Positions 15,443 through 25,721 of a stretch of 32,000 nt of DNA are shown in pieces. The position numbers and the translations under genes are program-made. The stretch is from the NCBI RefSeq assembly GCF_008065095.1, contig NZ_CP042911.1:1860001-1892000 (forward strand). The letters run 5' to 3'. The notes beneath the pieces are model-generated. The model was not told the DNA's origin. It did no database searches and worked only from the letters and a program-made list of their open reading frames with translations. The stretch is from Gemmata obscuriglobus (GTDB taxonomy: Bacteria; Planctomycetota; Planctomycetia; Gemmatales; Gemmataceae). Every line of letters starts with the position of its first letter. The first letter of the stretch is position 1.

Positions 15443-16557
15443 TTCTGGTCCCCCTGTTGCGTGAACGCGGCCGCACGGCCGTCCGACCCGACGAGGCGGA
15501 CGAGGAAGTCCCACTTCACCGGGGTGCTCGGCTTGCCGCGCACCTCTTCGGCCTTCGTTTTGGTGAGCTTGACCAGCACCACCGATTCCCCCGCGGGCAG
15601 CTCGACGGTCGCGCGGTACCGGTCCGGGCGGAACATGCTGCGGTACTCGCTCGCTCGCTCAGTCACCTTGTTGCCGTTCACCCAGACCGTGAGGTTGTCG
15701 ACGGCCGACGCCCGCAGTTCGACTTTCGCCGCGGCGGCCAGCTTCACCGTTGCGACGGCGTAAGCGACCGATCCGTCGTCCGGTTTGACGCCGAGCTTCA
15801 CGACATCGAGCCGCGCGTCGGCCGGGTCGTTCGCGGCCGGTTGCCACTTGAGCGTCCCGGCCTTGCCCTCGTAACCGGCCGCGAGGTCGATCTTCGCTTC
15901 CGGCGGGAACCCCTTCGTCAGCCCCTCGTCCGGCGACACCGGGAACGGCCCGACGACGTGCCACCGGCGGACGACGCCGAGGTGCGTGAGTACGTCCGGC
16001 TTGTCGCCGGCCGCGGTCAGCCGCTTCGCCACGAGCAGCGCCTGTTCGAGGTCGGTGGCCGCCGCGAACGTGGCCCGCAGGCTCTTCACCTGCTCCGCGG
16101 GGGCGGTGAGGGCGTCCGCGGCGGCGAGCCGGTCGGCGACCGCGTCCGGGCCGAACTCGGGGTCGCCGAGCCAGCCCGCGAGCCGCTTCGCGGTGGTGCC
16201 GGGTTGGCCCCGCTCGACGGCCGCGAGCGCCACCCGCCGGGCCTTACCGTGCCCCTTCGGATCGGACGCGAACGCGAGCAACTCGTCGGTCGGGAGCTTT
16301 GCGGGGTTCGCTTTGGCGATTTGGTCGAACGCGGTGCGGAGCCAGTTGGCCGCGACCGGGTCGTCGGCGGGCCACGCCTTCAGGAGCGGGAGCAGCGCCG
16401 GCGGCCCGGCCGCGACGACCCGGTCCCACGCGGCGCGGGTGGCCGCCGGGTCGGCGCCCGGCTTCGCGAGTGCCGCGACGTCGTCCGGCAGGGCGGCGCG
16501 CGCCGGCGCGCCGCACAGCAGGAGCAGAATCACACTGGTTCGGTACATGATGGTCAT
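15439..16557 (-). CDS. Secreted hypothetical protein (helical HEAT-like N-terminal half, beta-sandwich C-terminal half)
   Basis: Signal peptide '[18 protein letters not shown]'. The C-terminal 'WHVVGPFP...LKWQP...[11 protein letters not shown]...VVLVKLTK...WDFLVRL' resembles jelly-roll domains common in planctomycetes. There are ATGA overlaps at both ends. Confidence 0.7.
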   Translation of the reverse strand: MTIMYRTSVILLLLCGAPARAALPDDVAALAKPGADPAATRAAWDRVVAAGPPALLPLLKAWPADDPVAANWLRTAFDQIAKANPAKLPTDELLAFASDPKGHGKARRVALAAVERGQPGTTAKRLAGWLGDPEFGPDAVADRLAAADALTAPAEQVKSLRATFAAATDLEQALLVAKRLTAAGDKPDVLTHLGVVRRWHVVGPFPVSPDEGLTKGFPPEAKIDLAAGYEGKAGTLKWQPAANDPADARLDVVKLGVKPDDGSVAYAVATVKLAAAAKVELRASAVDNLTVWVNGNKVTERASEYRSMFRPDRYRATVELPAGESVVLVKLTKTKAEEVRGKPSTPVKWDFLVRLVGSDGRAAAFTQQGDQK

Positions 16558-17507
16558 TCCTCGACGTTGGGGAGGCCGTCGGACACGGCCATGAGCCGGT
16601 ACACGGCGTCCATGCTGGCGGACTCGCGGAGGAACCGCACGCTCCCGTCGGCCACGGCGATGTTCGCCCCGCCGCTATGGAAGCTGTACATGTTCACGCC
16701 CGCGTAGTTGGTGCAGTTGATGAGGCAGTTGCCGCCCCGCAGGGTGGCTCCGGTGTTGTCGGTCGGGATCGGGAGCAGCCGCACCCACGCGCCCAGGTGC
16801 CCGAACCCGGCCGCGTTGTTCGGGAACGTCGGGTGCGCGCGCCCGCCGCGGATCAGCCCCTGCCGCCACGCCGAGTTCTCCCCGAACGCGAGCGTGTTGC
16901 TCAGCCCGTCGGTCACGCCCGTCATCGTCACCTTCTCGGCCTGCTGGAGCAGCCCCTTGTCGCGCGGGTCGGACGCGCCCATCGGCGGCCGGGCCACGCT
17001 CAGCACCGGGGCGTACTCGACCAGGCACGCCGGGAACGAGTTGCCGGCCAGCGCGGTCGCGTCCGCCGAGAAGGACGCGGACGGCGGGAGGAACGTCTCC
17101 ACCGGCGCCCCGGTCGAGGACGGGCACTTGTACACCGGGAGCGGGGTCTGGACGAGCGTCCGGTTGGTGCCCTCGGCGTACCCGAGCCCCAGGTTCCACT
17201 GCTTGTACAGGTTGTCCTGTTCGACGTAGGGCAGGATCGCGAGCGTCCACGGCCGCTCGACGAACGTGCGGCCGTCGCTCGGGCGGGTGACGAGCGGGTT
17301 GTTCCGGGGGAACTCGTTGTTGGCGTCGTGGAACCCGTGGAGCGCCAGACCGAGTTGCTTGAGGTTGTTGGAGCACTTCATCCGCGCCGCGGCCTCGCGC
17401 ACCTTCTGGACCGCGGGCAGCAACAGGCCGATGAGGATCGCGATAATGGCGATCACCACCAGCAACTCGATCAGCGTGAAGCCACGGGGGCGATTGGGGT
17501 TCGGCAT
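16554..17507 (-). CDS. DUF1559 / H-X9-DG protein with prepilin-type N-terminal cleavage/methylation domain
   Basis: '[50 protein letters not shown]' at the N-terminus and '[18 protein letters not shown]' (H-x9-DG) at the C-terminus. Confidence 0.9.
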   Translation of the reverse strand: MPNPNRPRGFTLIELLVVIAIIAILIGLLLPAVQKVREAAARMKCSNNLKQLGLALHGFHDANNEFPRNNPLVTRPSDGRTFVERPWTLAILPYVEQDNLYKQWNLGLGYAEGTNRTLVQTPLPVYKCPSSTGAPVETFLPPSASFSADATALAGNSFPACLVEYAPVLSVARPPMGASDPRDKGLLQQAEKVTMTGVTDGLSNTLAFGENSAWRQGLIRGGRAHPTFPNNAAGFGHLGAWVRLLPIPTDNTGATLRGGNCLINCTNYAGVNMYSFHSGGANIAVADGSVRFLRESASMDAVYRLMAVSDGLPNVEE

Positions 17508-17541
17508 CGGTTCTCCATAATGGCAGTGGGGCGTTTGAGGG

Positions 17542-17991
17542 CTACTGGGGGCGCGACGGCCGGGTGACGATCGCGGCCTCGGGGACGGTGATTTCGAACG
17601 GTGGGAGGGCGTTGGCCTTCGGATCGACGCGGACCTTGAACGTGCTCGTCTCGGGCTTCGCGAACTTGCCCCCCAGTTTGTCCCACGCGCCGAGGTCGTT
17701 GCCCGACATCCACTCGAACGTGACCGTGTACTCGCCCGCGACGGCGCCGTCCTTGTCGCCGGTGGTCGATAGGTGAAACGTCCCGGACTCGTCGGTCATG
17801 CCGACCGGCGTTTTCAGGTTCCCGGGCAGCGACTGGTCCGCGTGCCGGAACTGGACGCGGACCAGCGGCGCGGGCTTGCCGTTCACCGTCACGGTCCCGA
17901 TGACAGGAAACTTCTCCGGCCCGGACGACCCGCAGCCGAGAGCGGAACAAGCCCAGACGGCGATCAGAACGTAGGCGAGCCGGACGCGCAT
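17542..17991 (-). CDS. Small lipoprotein with a carboxypeptidase-regulatory-like (Ig-like) domain
   Basis: ATG at 17991. Lipobox 'SALGC', then '[21 protein letters not shown]'. This is the usual partner gene downstream of DUF1559 genes. Confidence 0.75.
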   Translation of the reverse strand: MRVRLAYVLIAVWACSALGCGSSGPEKFPVIGTVTVNGKPAPLVRVQFRHADQSLPGNLKTPVGMTDESGTFHLSTTGDKDGAVAGEYTVTFEWMSGNDLGAWDKLGGKFAKPETSTFKVRVDPKANALPPFEITVPEAAIVTRPSRPQ

Positions 17992-18025
17992 GAGGTGCCC
18001 CGTCACTGGATGTTGAAGCGGAACA

Positions 18026-18056
18026 GAACCCGGCGGCCCCGTCGGCCGCCGGGTTC
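18026..18056 (-). terminator. 13-bp-stem hairpin after the DUF1559 gene 18066-18989
   Basis: gaacccggcggcc-ccgtc-ggccgccgggttc. On the minus strand it is followed by a T-containing 'ctgttccgcttc'. Confidence 0.5.
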
Positions 18057-18065
18057 GGACTCGTG

Positions 18066-18989
18066 CTACCAGTTGCCCGGCAGCACCTGCCCGTCGGCCG
18101 GGTTGAGCAGCAACCGCCACGTCGCCTCGGTCACGCCGGTGGACACCATCCGCACGCTCCCGTCGCACAGGCACACCCCGCACCCGCCGTCCTGCATCGC
18201 CTGGGGGCGGAAGAAGTCGCACTGCTGGAGCGTGGGCTTGTTCTGCGGGGGCAACCCGGACCCGTACCCGATGTGCGGCGACGCCGGCGCGTGGATCCCG
18301 AACGAGAAGCTCCACATGTGGATGAACCGGCCCGACTGCACGGCCCCGTTGAACGTCACCGAGCCGTCACCCGGGCACTGCGCGTAGTGCTCCGCGTACA
18401 TGACCGTGTTGGTCGTGCCGTCCGGGATCGAGGCCGTCAGGGTGGCCTTCCCGTCGCACACGGTGTTCACCCCCACCGCGCTGAACCCGCCGTACAGGTA
18501 CGCGGGGTCGGTCGGGTACGCGTACCGGCGGTTGCCGAACACCTGGAAGTTCGGGCCGTAGCTCGCGCCGCCGCCCTTCGTCCCGCCCGCCAGCGTCACG
18601 AACCCGTCCGGACTGGACCGGTCGAGCGGGCTGAAGAACGTCTTGATGAGGAGCTGGTTCAGGACGTAGCTGTTGCCCGCGGCCTGGGCCTGACGGGCCG
18701 CGTTCTCCTGCTCGACGTAGGGCAGGATCGCGTGGTACAGCGAGTAGAACTGGCGCGGGGTCGTGGTCGCGTCGTAGGTGCCCATCGCCGGGAACCGGGT
18801 GCTCGCGTCGTGGTACCCGTGCGTCGCCAGCCCGATCTGCTTCAGGTTGTTCATGCTCTGGGTGCGGGCCGCGGCCTCGCGCACCTTCTGGACCGCGGGG
18901 AGCAGCAGCCCGATGAGGATCGCGATGATCGCGATCACCACCAGCAGCTCGATCAGCGTGAACCCGCGGTGGCGGTCGGGACTCGACAT
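18066..18989 (-). CDS. DUF1559 prepilin-like protein (variant Q-X9-DG)
   Basis: '[50 protein letters not shown]' at the N-terminus. The C-terminal '[17 protein letters not shown]' has Gln where the paralogues have His. Confidence 0.9.
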   Translation of the reverse strand: MSSPDRHRGFTLIELLVVIAIIAILIGLLLPAVQKVREAAARTQSMNNLKQIGLATHGYHDASTRFPAMGTYDATTTPRQFYSLYHAILPYVEQENAARQAQAAGNSYVLNQLLIKTFFSPLDRSSPDGFVTLAGGTKGGGASYGPNFQVFGNRRYAYPTDPAYLYGGFSAVGVNTVCDGKATLTASIPDGTTNTVMYAEHYAQCPGDGSVTFNGAVQSGRFIHMWSFSFGIHAPASPHIGYGSGLPPQNKPTLQQCDFFRPQAMQDGGCGVCLCDGSVRMVSTGVTEATWRLLLNPADGQVLPGNW

Positions 18990-19100
18990 TGCTTCTCCTC
19001 GGAAGGTACGGGTGTTTGGAGCTACTGGTGGCGCGACCGGCCGAGCGCCAATCGCGTCACCCGATTCATTTTATTACCGGGTTATATAATGAATTACTCG

Positions 19101-19129
19101 CGCCCCCGGCGAGACGATCGCCGGGGGCG
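19101..19129 (-). terminator. 12-bp-stem hairpin after the DUF1559 gene 19142-20179
   Basis: cgcccccggcga-gacga-tcgccgggggcg. On the minus strand it is followed by the AT-rich 'gagtaattcattatataac'. Confidence 0.5.
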
Positions 19130-19141
19130 ACCACTTCGCGG

Positions 19142-20179
19142 TCAAAACTCTCCCGGCACCTCACCGCCGGCGCGGGTTGCGAGCGCCCGCCAGGTGTCGA
19201 TCGGGACGGAATCGCGAACGAACCGGACACTCCCGTCGCCCAGGCACACGTTCACCCCGCCCGTGTGGGCGCTCCGGGCGGCGAACCACCCGCGGTTGTG
19301 GGCGAACCCGTCCGGGGTCGCGCTGTTGGGCGGCAGGTAGGCGTTGAACAGCGTGGCGCTCGCCTGCCCCCAGATCCACGGGAACCCGCGGGTGCCGTCC
19401 CAAGAGGTGGCGCCCTGGATGTCGGCCTCGGTGAACATCGGGCTCACCCCGCCGGGGGCTGTCCCGACCCGGCCGCGACCCGCACTCAAGGCGGCGGACA
19501 CGCGGAGCGGCCGCGGCAACCCGGACAGCGGTCCGGTTGCGGCCACCCCGCCGGGGCCGAGCAGCGACTCGGCCAGCAGCATCGTGTTCGACGTGCCGTC
19601 GGTCAGGTCGGTGAACCGCACCTTCGAGTCGAACCAGAACACCCCGTCCGTGGGGAAGGCCGGGTCGTAGTACGCGGAGGTCGAACCGTCGGTCCGCCCG
19701 CTCCCCATGTTCGCCATGTAGCTCGTGCCGGCCAGGCCGGTCCCGAACGACCCGACCGTCCCGGTCGGGGCCTGCCCGTCGCTCGGGCAGAGCAGGAGCG
19801 GCACGACCACCTTGGCCGCCGGGTTGGAGAAGCCGAGCGGGCTGCCGCCGAGGACCGGTTGGGTGAAGTCGATGAGTTTCTGGAGGTTGTCCTGCTCCAC
19901 GAACGGCAGGCACCGGGCCTGGACCGAGAAGGCGTAGGTGCTCGCCATCAGTCCGGCCCCGGCCCCGCCCTGGACACCGGCGGCGGGGAGGCGGCCGTTC
20001 GTGCTCTCGGAGTTGTGTAACGCGAGCCCGAGTTGTTTGAGGTTGTTCTGGCACTTCATGCGGGCCGCCGCTTCGCGCACCTTCTGGACGGCGGGCAGCA
20101 GCAAACCAATTAAGATCGCGATGATCGCGATCACCACCAGTAGCTCGATCAGCGTGAACGCGTTGCGTGGAATCTTCAT
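19142..20179 (-). CDS. DUF1559 / H-X9-DG prepilin-like protein
   Basis: ATG at 20179 gives '[49 protein letters not shown]'. The C-terminus is '[17 protein letters not shown]'. Confidence 0.9.
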   Translation of the reverse strand: MKIPRNAFTLIELLVVIAIIAILIGLLLPAVQKVREAAARMKCQNNLKQLGLALHNSESTNGRLPAAGVQGGAGAGLMASTYAFSVQARCLPFVEQDNLQKLIDFTQPVLGGSPLGFSNPAAKVVVPLLLCPSDGQAPTGTVGSFGTGLAGTSYMANMGSGRTDGSTSAYYDPAFPTDGVFWFDSKVRFTDLTDGTSNTMLLAESLLGPGGVAATGPLSGLPRPLRVSAALSAGRGRVGTAPGGVSPMFTEADIQGATSWDGTRGFPWIWGQASATLFNAYLPPNSATPDGFAHNRGWFAARSAHTGGVNVCLGDGSVRFVRDSVPIDTWRALATRAGGEVPGEF

Positions 20180-20255
20180 CAGGGGGCCATGTCCCAAGGG
20201 AGGCGCGCCGGCGGCGCCGGCGCGGGTACGAACACTGCGGGCGACGGGGCTTGGG

Positions 20256-21269
20256 TTACTTGCCCGTTGCGTCGCGGCGGTACTCCATGTAACGGGCGGT
20301 CGTCGCGGCCTCCTCCTTGCCGAGCAACTTTTCGACCACGTGCAGCGCCGCGTCGATCCCGGCCGACACACCGGCGGCGGTCACGACCTTGCCGTTGTCC
20401 ACGAACCGCTTGTTCGCATGAACCTTGACCTTCGTGTACTCCTTCTCGAGCCGTTCGACCGAGGCCCAGTGGGTCGTTGCCTCCTTGCCGTCGAGCAGTC
20501 CGGCCTTACCCAAGATGAACGCTCCGGTGCAAACCGAGAGGGTCACCTCGGCGTCCGCCGCAGCCTTCTTGACCCACTCCACCAGGCGCGGGTCTTTCAG
20601 CGCGTGGCCGGTGTTCCCGCCGGGCAACACGACGATGTCGGGCTTGGGACAGTTGGCGAACGTGTAGTTGGGCGTGACCTTCAGGAAGCCCTGGCTGGTG
20701 ATCGGGCCGGCATCGGCCGCGACGGTGAACACGTTGAACGCCCGGCCCGACTTGGCCGCGGCGAACACCTCCCCCGGGCCAGCGAAGTCGAGCAGTTCCA
20801 CCCCGTCGTGGACGTACACCGCGACGTTCTTGCGCGGCCGGGTGTGCGCGTCGGGCTCCTTGAGGAACCCGGCCCGGCAGTGCTCGCAGAAGAACACGTA
20901 GATCTTCCCCCGATGCACCGCGAAAATGCCCGGGTCGCCTTTGGCGGTCGGCGACACCGCGCAGTGCCCATCGTTCTGAATCTCGAACTTCTCCGGCTCC
21001 TTCTCGAACGCCGCCCGGCCGGCTTCGGTCACGAACCGGTAGCGGAGCCCCTTGCGGACCAGTGCCAGTTTCTCGTCACCCTTGACCTCTTTGCCCTGCA
21101 CGAGTTGCACAGGGTCGAGACCTGTGAGCGCGAGTTCGCCCTCGACCTTGGCGGGCACTTCGGCCGGCGGGTCGGTCGCCGCGGCGCGGCCGGGGGCGAC
21201 CGAATTCGCGGACCAGATGAGGCCCGTCACGAGCAGCACGGACGCGGTTACGATGCGCGAACCGTTCAT
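20256..21269 (-). CDS. Secreted fusion of YHS-like domain(s) with a DJ-1/PfpI (ThiJ) family domain
   Basis: ATG at 21269 has GAGGTGA upstream and is followed by a signal peptide. '[13 protein letters not shown]...[20 protein letters not shown]' and '[21 protein letters not shown]' are YHS-like. 'IVVLPGG...[25 protein letters not shown]' is the DJ-1/PfpI nucleophile elbow. Confidence 0.85.
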   Translation of the reverse strand: MNGSRIVTASVLLVTGLIWSANSVAPGRAAATDPPAEVPAKVEGELALTGLDPVQLVQGKEVKGDEKLALVRKGLRYRFVTEAGRAAFEKEPEKFEIQNDGHCAVSPTAKGDPGIFAVHRGKIYVFFCEHCRAGFLKEPDAHTRPRKNVAVYVHDGVELLDFAGPGEVFAAAKSGRAFNVFTVAADAGPITSQGFLKVTPNYTFANCPKPDIVVLPGGNTGHALKDPRLVEWVKKAAADAEVTLSVCTGAFILGKAGLLDGKEATTHWASVERLEKEYTKVKVHANKRFVDNGKVVTAAGVSAGIDAALHVVEKLLGKEEAATTARYMEYRRDATGK

Positions 21270-21309
21270 GGATCACCTCTCAATTCGTGTGTGGGCGAGC
21301 GTTACGGGT

Positions 21310-21753
21310 TCAGTCGATGCGGATCGGCTCCAAGACGTTGTCACCTGCCTTGACCGTGACCTTCCGAACTGGCCGAGTGGGATCGCTGTACCTGCCCTTG
21401 AGGCGGTCCGGTCCGATGTGACTCTTCCCGCCGGGCCAGAAGACGGTCAGGGCGTACTCCCCGGCCGGCGCACCGTCACGCGGGTCGAAGGAGTTGGGCC
21501 GGAACGTACCGTCTGCTTCGACCGTCGCCTGGGGCCTGACGGCGCCAGGGGCCGCGTTTCCAACCGGATGAAATGACACCACGGCACCGACCGCCGGCTT
21601 GCCGTTGACGAGTAACTCCCCGCGAACGGGGTAAACCGGCGGGTGGTCGGGCAGTTTTGCCGTGCAAGCGGCCACGGCCAGTAGCACACACGGCGCGAGA
21701 CATCTCGCCGCGCGGAGGATGTACCGCAGCTTCGGAGTGCGCGTGAGGGTCAT
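21310..21753 (-). CDS. Small lipoprotein with a carboxypeptidase-regulatory-like domain
   Basis: Lipobox 'LAVAAC', then 'YPVRGELLVNGKPAVGAVVSFHP'. It is a paralogue of 17542-17991. Its start overlaps the upstream DUF1559 stop (TGATG). Confidence 0.7.
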   Translation of the reverse strand: MTLTRTPKLRYILRAARCLAPCVLLAVAACTAKLPDHPPVYPVRGELLVNGKPAVGAVVSFHPVGNAAPGAVRPQATVEADGTFRPNSFDPRDGAPAGEYALTVFWPGGKSHIGPDRLKGRYSDPTRPVRKVTVKAGDNVLEPIRID

Positions 21754-22727
21754 CAGTACGTGTCCCCCGCAATGACCTCGCCGCCCGCCTTACTGATGAC
21801 GGCGTACAGGATCTGGCCGCTGAGCGATTCCTTGAGGAAGCGCACGGACCCGTCCAGGAACAGCGCGTTCGCTCCGCCCGTGTGGAAGCCGTAGATGCCA
21901 CTGGAATTGTTGCAGTTCACGGTGCACGGGCCGAACCCGGGCGAAAACGGGGCCTGCCCGTCCGCCGTGTACGGGGTGGCGAAGAAGGCCCCGAAGCCCG
22001 CCCAGGGGGCCAACCAGTCGGTGAACGGGTCCGGGTTGGTGTCGCTCACCTTCCGGCCCTTGATCCACAACTGGGAGCGGGCCGCCTGCTCGGTCACGGT
22101 CATCGTGTTCGAGGTGCCGTCCGTCACCCCGGCCAAGGTCGGCGTCTGGAAGCCCATGATGTCTGCGGTCAGCGGGCAGAGCGCGCCGATGCCGTAGGGG
22201 TCCGAGGCCGGGCCGACCGGCGCGCCGAACGACATGGAGACCATGTAGCTGCCGACCGCCCCGGTGTTGGTCGGGTTCGCGTCCGCCGGCGGCGGACCGC
22301 CCATGACGCCCTGGGTCATCACCCCGACCCGGGTCAGCCGGTCCGGCGAGGACGGGCACTGGTAGGACTTGAGGAACGTGTTGATGACCGGCTGGTTGGC
22401 GTTCGCCCCCCAGTTCTTCGTCCAGTCGTACTGCCTGGCGAGGTGGTCCTGCTCGATGTACGGCAGAATTTTGGTGAAGAAGCTGCCCTCGGTCGGGTCG
22501 CCCGAGTGCTCCGGGCCGTAGGTGGCCTTCGGCAGTTGCTGATTCGCCGTCTCGAAGTTCAGGACGGCGAGGCCGATCTGCTTGAGGTTGTTCGAACAAG
22601 ACATGCGGGCGGCCGCCTCGCGCACCTTCTGCACGGCCGGCAACAGCAGGCCGATCAGGATGGCGATGATCGCGATCACCACCAACAGCTCGATGAGTGT
22701 GAAGCCGGTTCGTCTGGCCTTCGTCAT
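21753..22727 (-). CDS. DUF1559 / H-X9-DG prepilin-like protein
   Basis: ATG at 22727 gives '[50 protein letters not shown]'. The C-terminus is '[18 protein letters not shown]'. Confidence 0.9.
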   Translation of the reverse strand: MTKARRTGFTLIELLVVIAIIAILIGLLLPAVQKVREAAARMSCSNNLKQIGLAVLNFETANQQLPKATYGPEHSGDPTEGSFFTKILPYIEQDHLARQYDWTKNWGANANQPVINTFLKSYQCPSSPDRLTRVGVMTQGVMGGPPPADANPTNTGAVGSYMVSMSFGAPVGPASDPYGIGALCPLTADIMGFQTPTLAGVTDGTSNTMTVTEQAARSQLWIKGRKVSDTNPDPFTDWLAPWAGFGAFFATPYTADGQAPFSPGFGPCTVNCNNSSGIYGFHTGGANALFLDGSVRFLKESLSGQILYAVISKAGGEVIAGDTY

Positions 22728-22761
22728 GGGTACTATTCCTTGATGTTGGTGTTCCAGAAGG

Positions 22762-23785
22762 TCAGGCCGCGAGAACGGCGTACATGCCGACTCCGAGGGC
22801 GGTCGCGGCGGCGGCACTGAGGGCGAGGACGAGGCGCCCCGCCTTGCGGGTGGCCTTGATCTGCCACCACATGAGCAGGCCGGATACGCCCCAGAAGCAG
22901 AGGATCAGGGCCATCGCGTCCACGCCCACGGCCCACAGCCACTTCGTCGTGACCTCACCCGGGTAGCCCCGGCTCAGGTGCAGGCGCAGCAGGAAGCCTC
23001 GCGCCGTCAACTCGCTCTGCTCCTGCCCCGCGGCCCCGCTCACGGTCGTGGTGATCGGGTTGTAGGTCGCGGTCCAGAGTTGCCCGTCCGCCTCCACGGG
23101 AAACTTGACGTCCGGCGAGGTCGTCACCGTGACCTCGCCTTTCGGGAATCCCTTCCGCTCCATAATCGTCGGCACGGCGGTCTTGAGCCGCTCGACGATC
23201 GAGTCCTCGACCTTCACGCCGGCGTGGTTCTGCTTCATCGGCCCGCCCATCCCCATCCCGCGCTGTCGCGGGGCGTCTCCGGTCGCCGTGGCGAACGGGG
23301 CTTTCTCGCCCACGGCCCGGGTGGTCGTCTCGCGGATGGTGCCGCTGGCCGTCTTCGGGTCGTACACGACAAAGAAGGTGCGGGCGTCGGCCTTAACGTT
23401 CGCCACGAACGACTCGCGGGTCGCGTAGTGGGCGCTCCCTGTGGCCAGCCTGTATGGTGCGGCGGGTTTCTGCTGGTCGTTCAGCGCGGCCAGTACGGCA
23501 GGTCGCCTGCTCCTGGGGTGTGGGGGCAAACTCAAGCGGGGTGCCGACGACATCGGCCCGGCTGAAGTGCGCGGTCGGGGCGTCCGCGAGTACGGTCGGG
23601 TGGTTGAACAGGAACCCGGTGACGCCGTACAGGATGGCCCACGGGAACAGGAACAGACCGACGTACAGGTGTGTCCGGCGGACCATATGCATGACCCGCC
23701 GCGAGAGTGGTCGGCTCGTCGGCCGCGGGCTCGCGGCGTCGGACGACGGCGTGACGGGCGGGTCGGTAGTTTCCAGGGGGGCCAT
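22762..23785 (-). pseudogene. PepSY-associated TM-helix protein, apparently frameshifted
   Basis: The N-terminal part (ATG 23785, 'RRTHLYVGLFLFPWAILYGVTGFLFNHP') and the C-terminal part ('...FLLRLHLSRGYP...[27 protein letters not shown]') lie in different frames. The switch is near 23500-23512. Confidence 0.7.
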
Positions 23786-23829
23786 GAAGGGTGATCTCGT
23801 CGTGTTGGGTAGTCGGTGTGTGGGGACGA

Positions 23830-23853
23830 GGTCGGCGGGAAGCCCCGCCGACC
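23830..23853 (-). terminator. 10-bp-stem hairpin after the DUF1559 gene 23865-24947
   Basis: ggtcggcggg-aagc-cccgccgacc, 12 nt after the stop. Confidence 0.45.
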
Positions 23854-23864
23854 GACTGTGGACC

Positions 23865-24947
23865 TCAGTTGTCGCTGACGACCTCGCCGCCGCTCCGGCT
23901 GGCGAAGGCCCGCCATGTCGCCAGGGAGATGGAGTCGCGGACGAACCGCACGCTCCCGTCGCAGAAGGCCACGTTCACGCCGCCGGTGTGGTTGCTCCGT
24001 GCGCCGAGAACCCCGTTCCCGCACGTCTGCATGTCGGGGATGGTGCTGTTCGGCGGCAGGTAGTGCTGGTAGGCGGTCCAGTACTCCCGCCCGCTGATCC
24101 ACCCGGCCCCGCGCTGACCGGACCAGCCCCGGTTCAGGGGGCTGGCGAGCGACATGGCGTAGTACCCGTTCGGGTCGTCGGGCAGGACGTACCCGGCGGT
24201 CAGCCCGGCCACGGCCGGCGGCACGGCGGGACTGATCCACGAGCAGGTGATGTTCATCATCACCCGCTTCCGTTCGGCGTCGGTGGTCGGGGCCGGCGGG
24301 GACTGCGCCTGCACCCCGAGTAGGGACTCGCCGAAGGCGGCGGTGTTGCTGGTCCCGTCCGTGATGTCGGTCAGGCGGACGGACGAGTTGTTCCAGGCGA
24401 TCCCGTCCGTGGGGCGGCGGGCGTCGTACAGGGTGCCGACCGCCGTACCGATGTTGACGTGGTAGTTGGTGCCGGCATAGGTGAAGTCCTGCCCGGTCGC
24501 CCCGCCGCTCGCCCCCGAGCGGCTGGTGAACGTGTCCGGGCTGCCGTCGCTCGGGCAGCGGAACAGCGACAGCACGGTGCGGGCGGGGACGACGAATTGC
24601 GGGCGCACGTCGCCGGGGCAGCAGCCGACCGTCAGCGACACGTCGAAGGAGAGCAGGTTCCGCAGGTTGTCCTGCTCGACGTACGGGAGCAGGCGCGCCT
24701 GGACGGAAAAGTTGCCGGCGTTACTCCCGGCGAGACTCGAATACGCGGGCAGCTTCTGCTCGGCACTCTCGAAGTTGTGCATCGCCAGCCCGAGTTGTTT
24801 CATGTTGTTCTGGCACTTCATCCGCGCCGCCGCCTCGCGCACCTTCTGGATGGCCGGCAACAGCAGGCCGATCAGGATGGCGATGATCGCGATCACCACC
24901 AACAGCTCAATCAAGGTAAAGGCGTTACGGGGCGTCACGGCGCGTGC
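23865..24947 (-). CDS. DUF1559 / H-X9-DG prepilin-like protein (putative GTG start)
   Basis: GTG at 24947 gives '(M)[47 protein letters not shown]'. The C-terminus is '[17 protein letters not shown]'. No stop codon separates it from the upstream ORF. Confidence 0.85.
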   Translation of the reverse strand, partial: ARAVTPRNAFTLIELLVVIAIIAILIGLLLPAIQKVREAAARMKCQNNMKQLGLAMHNFESAEQKLPAYSSLAGSNAGNFSVQARLLPYVEQDNLRNLLSFDVSLTVGCCPGDVRPQFVVPARTVLSLFRCPSDGSPDTFTSRSGASGGATGQDFTYAGTNYHVNIGTAVGTLYDARRPTDGIAWNNSSVRLTDITDGTSNTAAFGESLLGVQAQSPPAPTTDAERKRVMMNITCSWISPAVPPAVAGLTAGYVLPDDPNGYYAMSLASPLNRGWSGQRGAGWISGREYWTAYQHYLPPNSTIPDMQTCGNGVLGARSNHTGGVNVAFCDGSVRFVRDSISLATWRAFASRSGGEVVSDN

Positions 24948-25721
24948 GCCGTTGTGAGGGTCGGTGAAGCCACCCGCGCCGTTGGCATGGTGTGGGCGGG
25001 GCTTAATGGGGAACGGGGCAATCCGCATGGCGATCCGCTTCGAGTACACCGCGACAACGGTCCGACCGAGTCGGGCCGCGACCGCCTCGTCGGTGTCGGT
25101 GCCGAGGAGCATGACGTCCGCGGTCATCCACGGCCGGGGGGCTGTGGCCGGGCGGCGGAACGCCGGGATGTCCCGGCTGCACCGCTGCCACGTGACCGCC
25201 GCGGCGGTGCGCCCTAGTACCGCCGCGACCGCCTCGTCCAGATCGGTCCCGAGCAGTGCCAGTTCGTCGTCCCCCCACTTACGTTTGCCCCACGGTCCGG
25301 TACCCGCGGCCGCCACGGCCGGCGAGCGGCCGGTGCGGGCGCCGGCCCCGACCTTCACACGCGGGCGGCTCTGGAGCGCACGGGTGGCCGGGCTCAGGCG
25401 CTCGGGGCTGCCCACCCCGAACTCCCGCCGCCAGCAGGACACCGGTTTGAGGCTGACCCCGAGCCAGTACGCGACCGCCGCCGCCGCCTCGGTACGGACC
25501 GCCTGCTCCAGGCTGGCATCGACGAGCAGCCCCGGCCGCCCGCGGCCCCCGATCGGCTGGACCCGCGGCCACCGGATCGGGCCGGTGCCCCAACCGGTCA
25601 CCCGGCACCACGCCCGCCGGTACCGGCAGTAGACGCGATCTCCTTCGCGCACGGCCGGCGGTTCGTACCGGCCGACCAGCGGCGGAGCGCCCTCGGGGGC
25701 GTTCTGATGTGGTGTGCTCAC
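24948..25721 (-). CDS. HTH plus 2x SANT/Myb-like repeat protein; the ORF has no stop of its own and runs in frame into the DUF1559 gene
   Basis: GTG at 25721 overlaps the upstream stop (GTGA). There are two repeats, '[32 protein letters not shown]' and '[32 protein letters not shown]'. The N-terminal '[22 protein letters not shown]' is HTH-like. Third codon positions are strongly G/C. Confidence 0.55.

Noticed and set aside
19075-19095. An AT-rich 'ggttatataatgaatt' considered as a promoter -10 for the DUF1559 gene 18066-18989.
   Set aside because: It is plausible, but no convincing -35 is present, planctomycete promoter consensus is poorly defined, and the site lies directly against a terminator hairpin. 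I did not call it as a feature.
16554-24947. Recurrent, roughly 100-bp near-identical segments spaced 1-2 kb apart, considered as a possible CRISPR-like or dispersed repeat.
   Set aside because: They are the conserved prepilin-type N-terminal coding regions of the five DUF1559 paralogues. Spacing and length are wrong for CRISPR, and they are in frame within genes.
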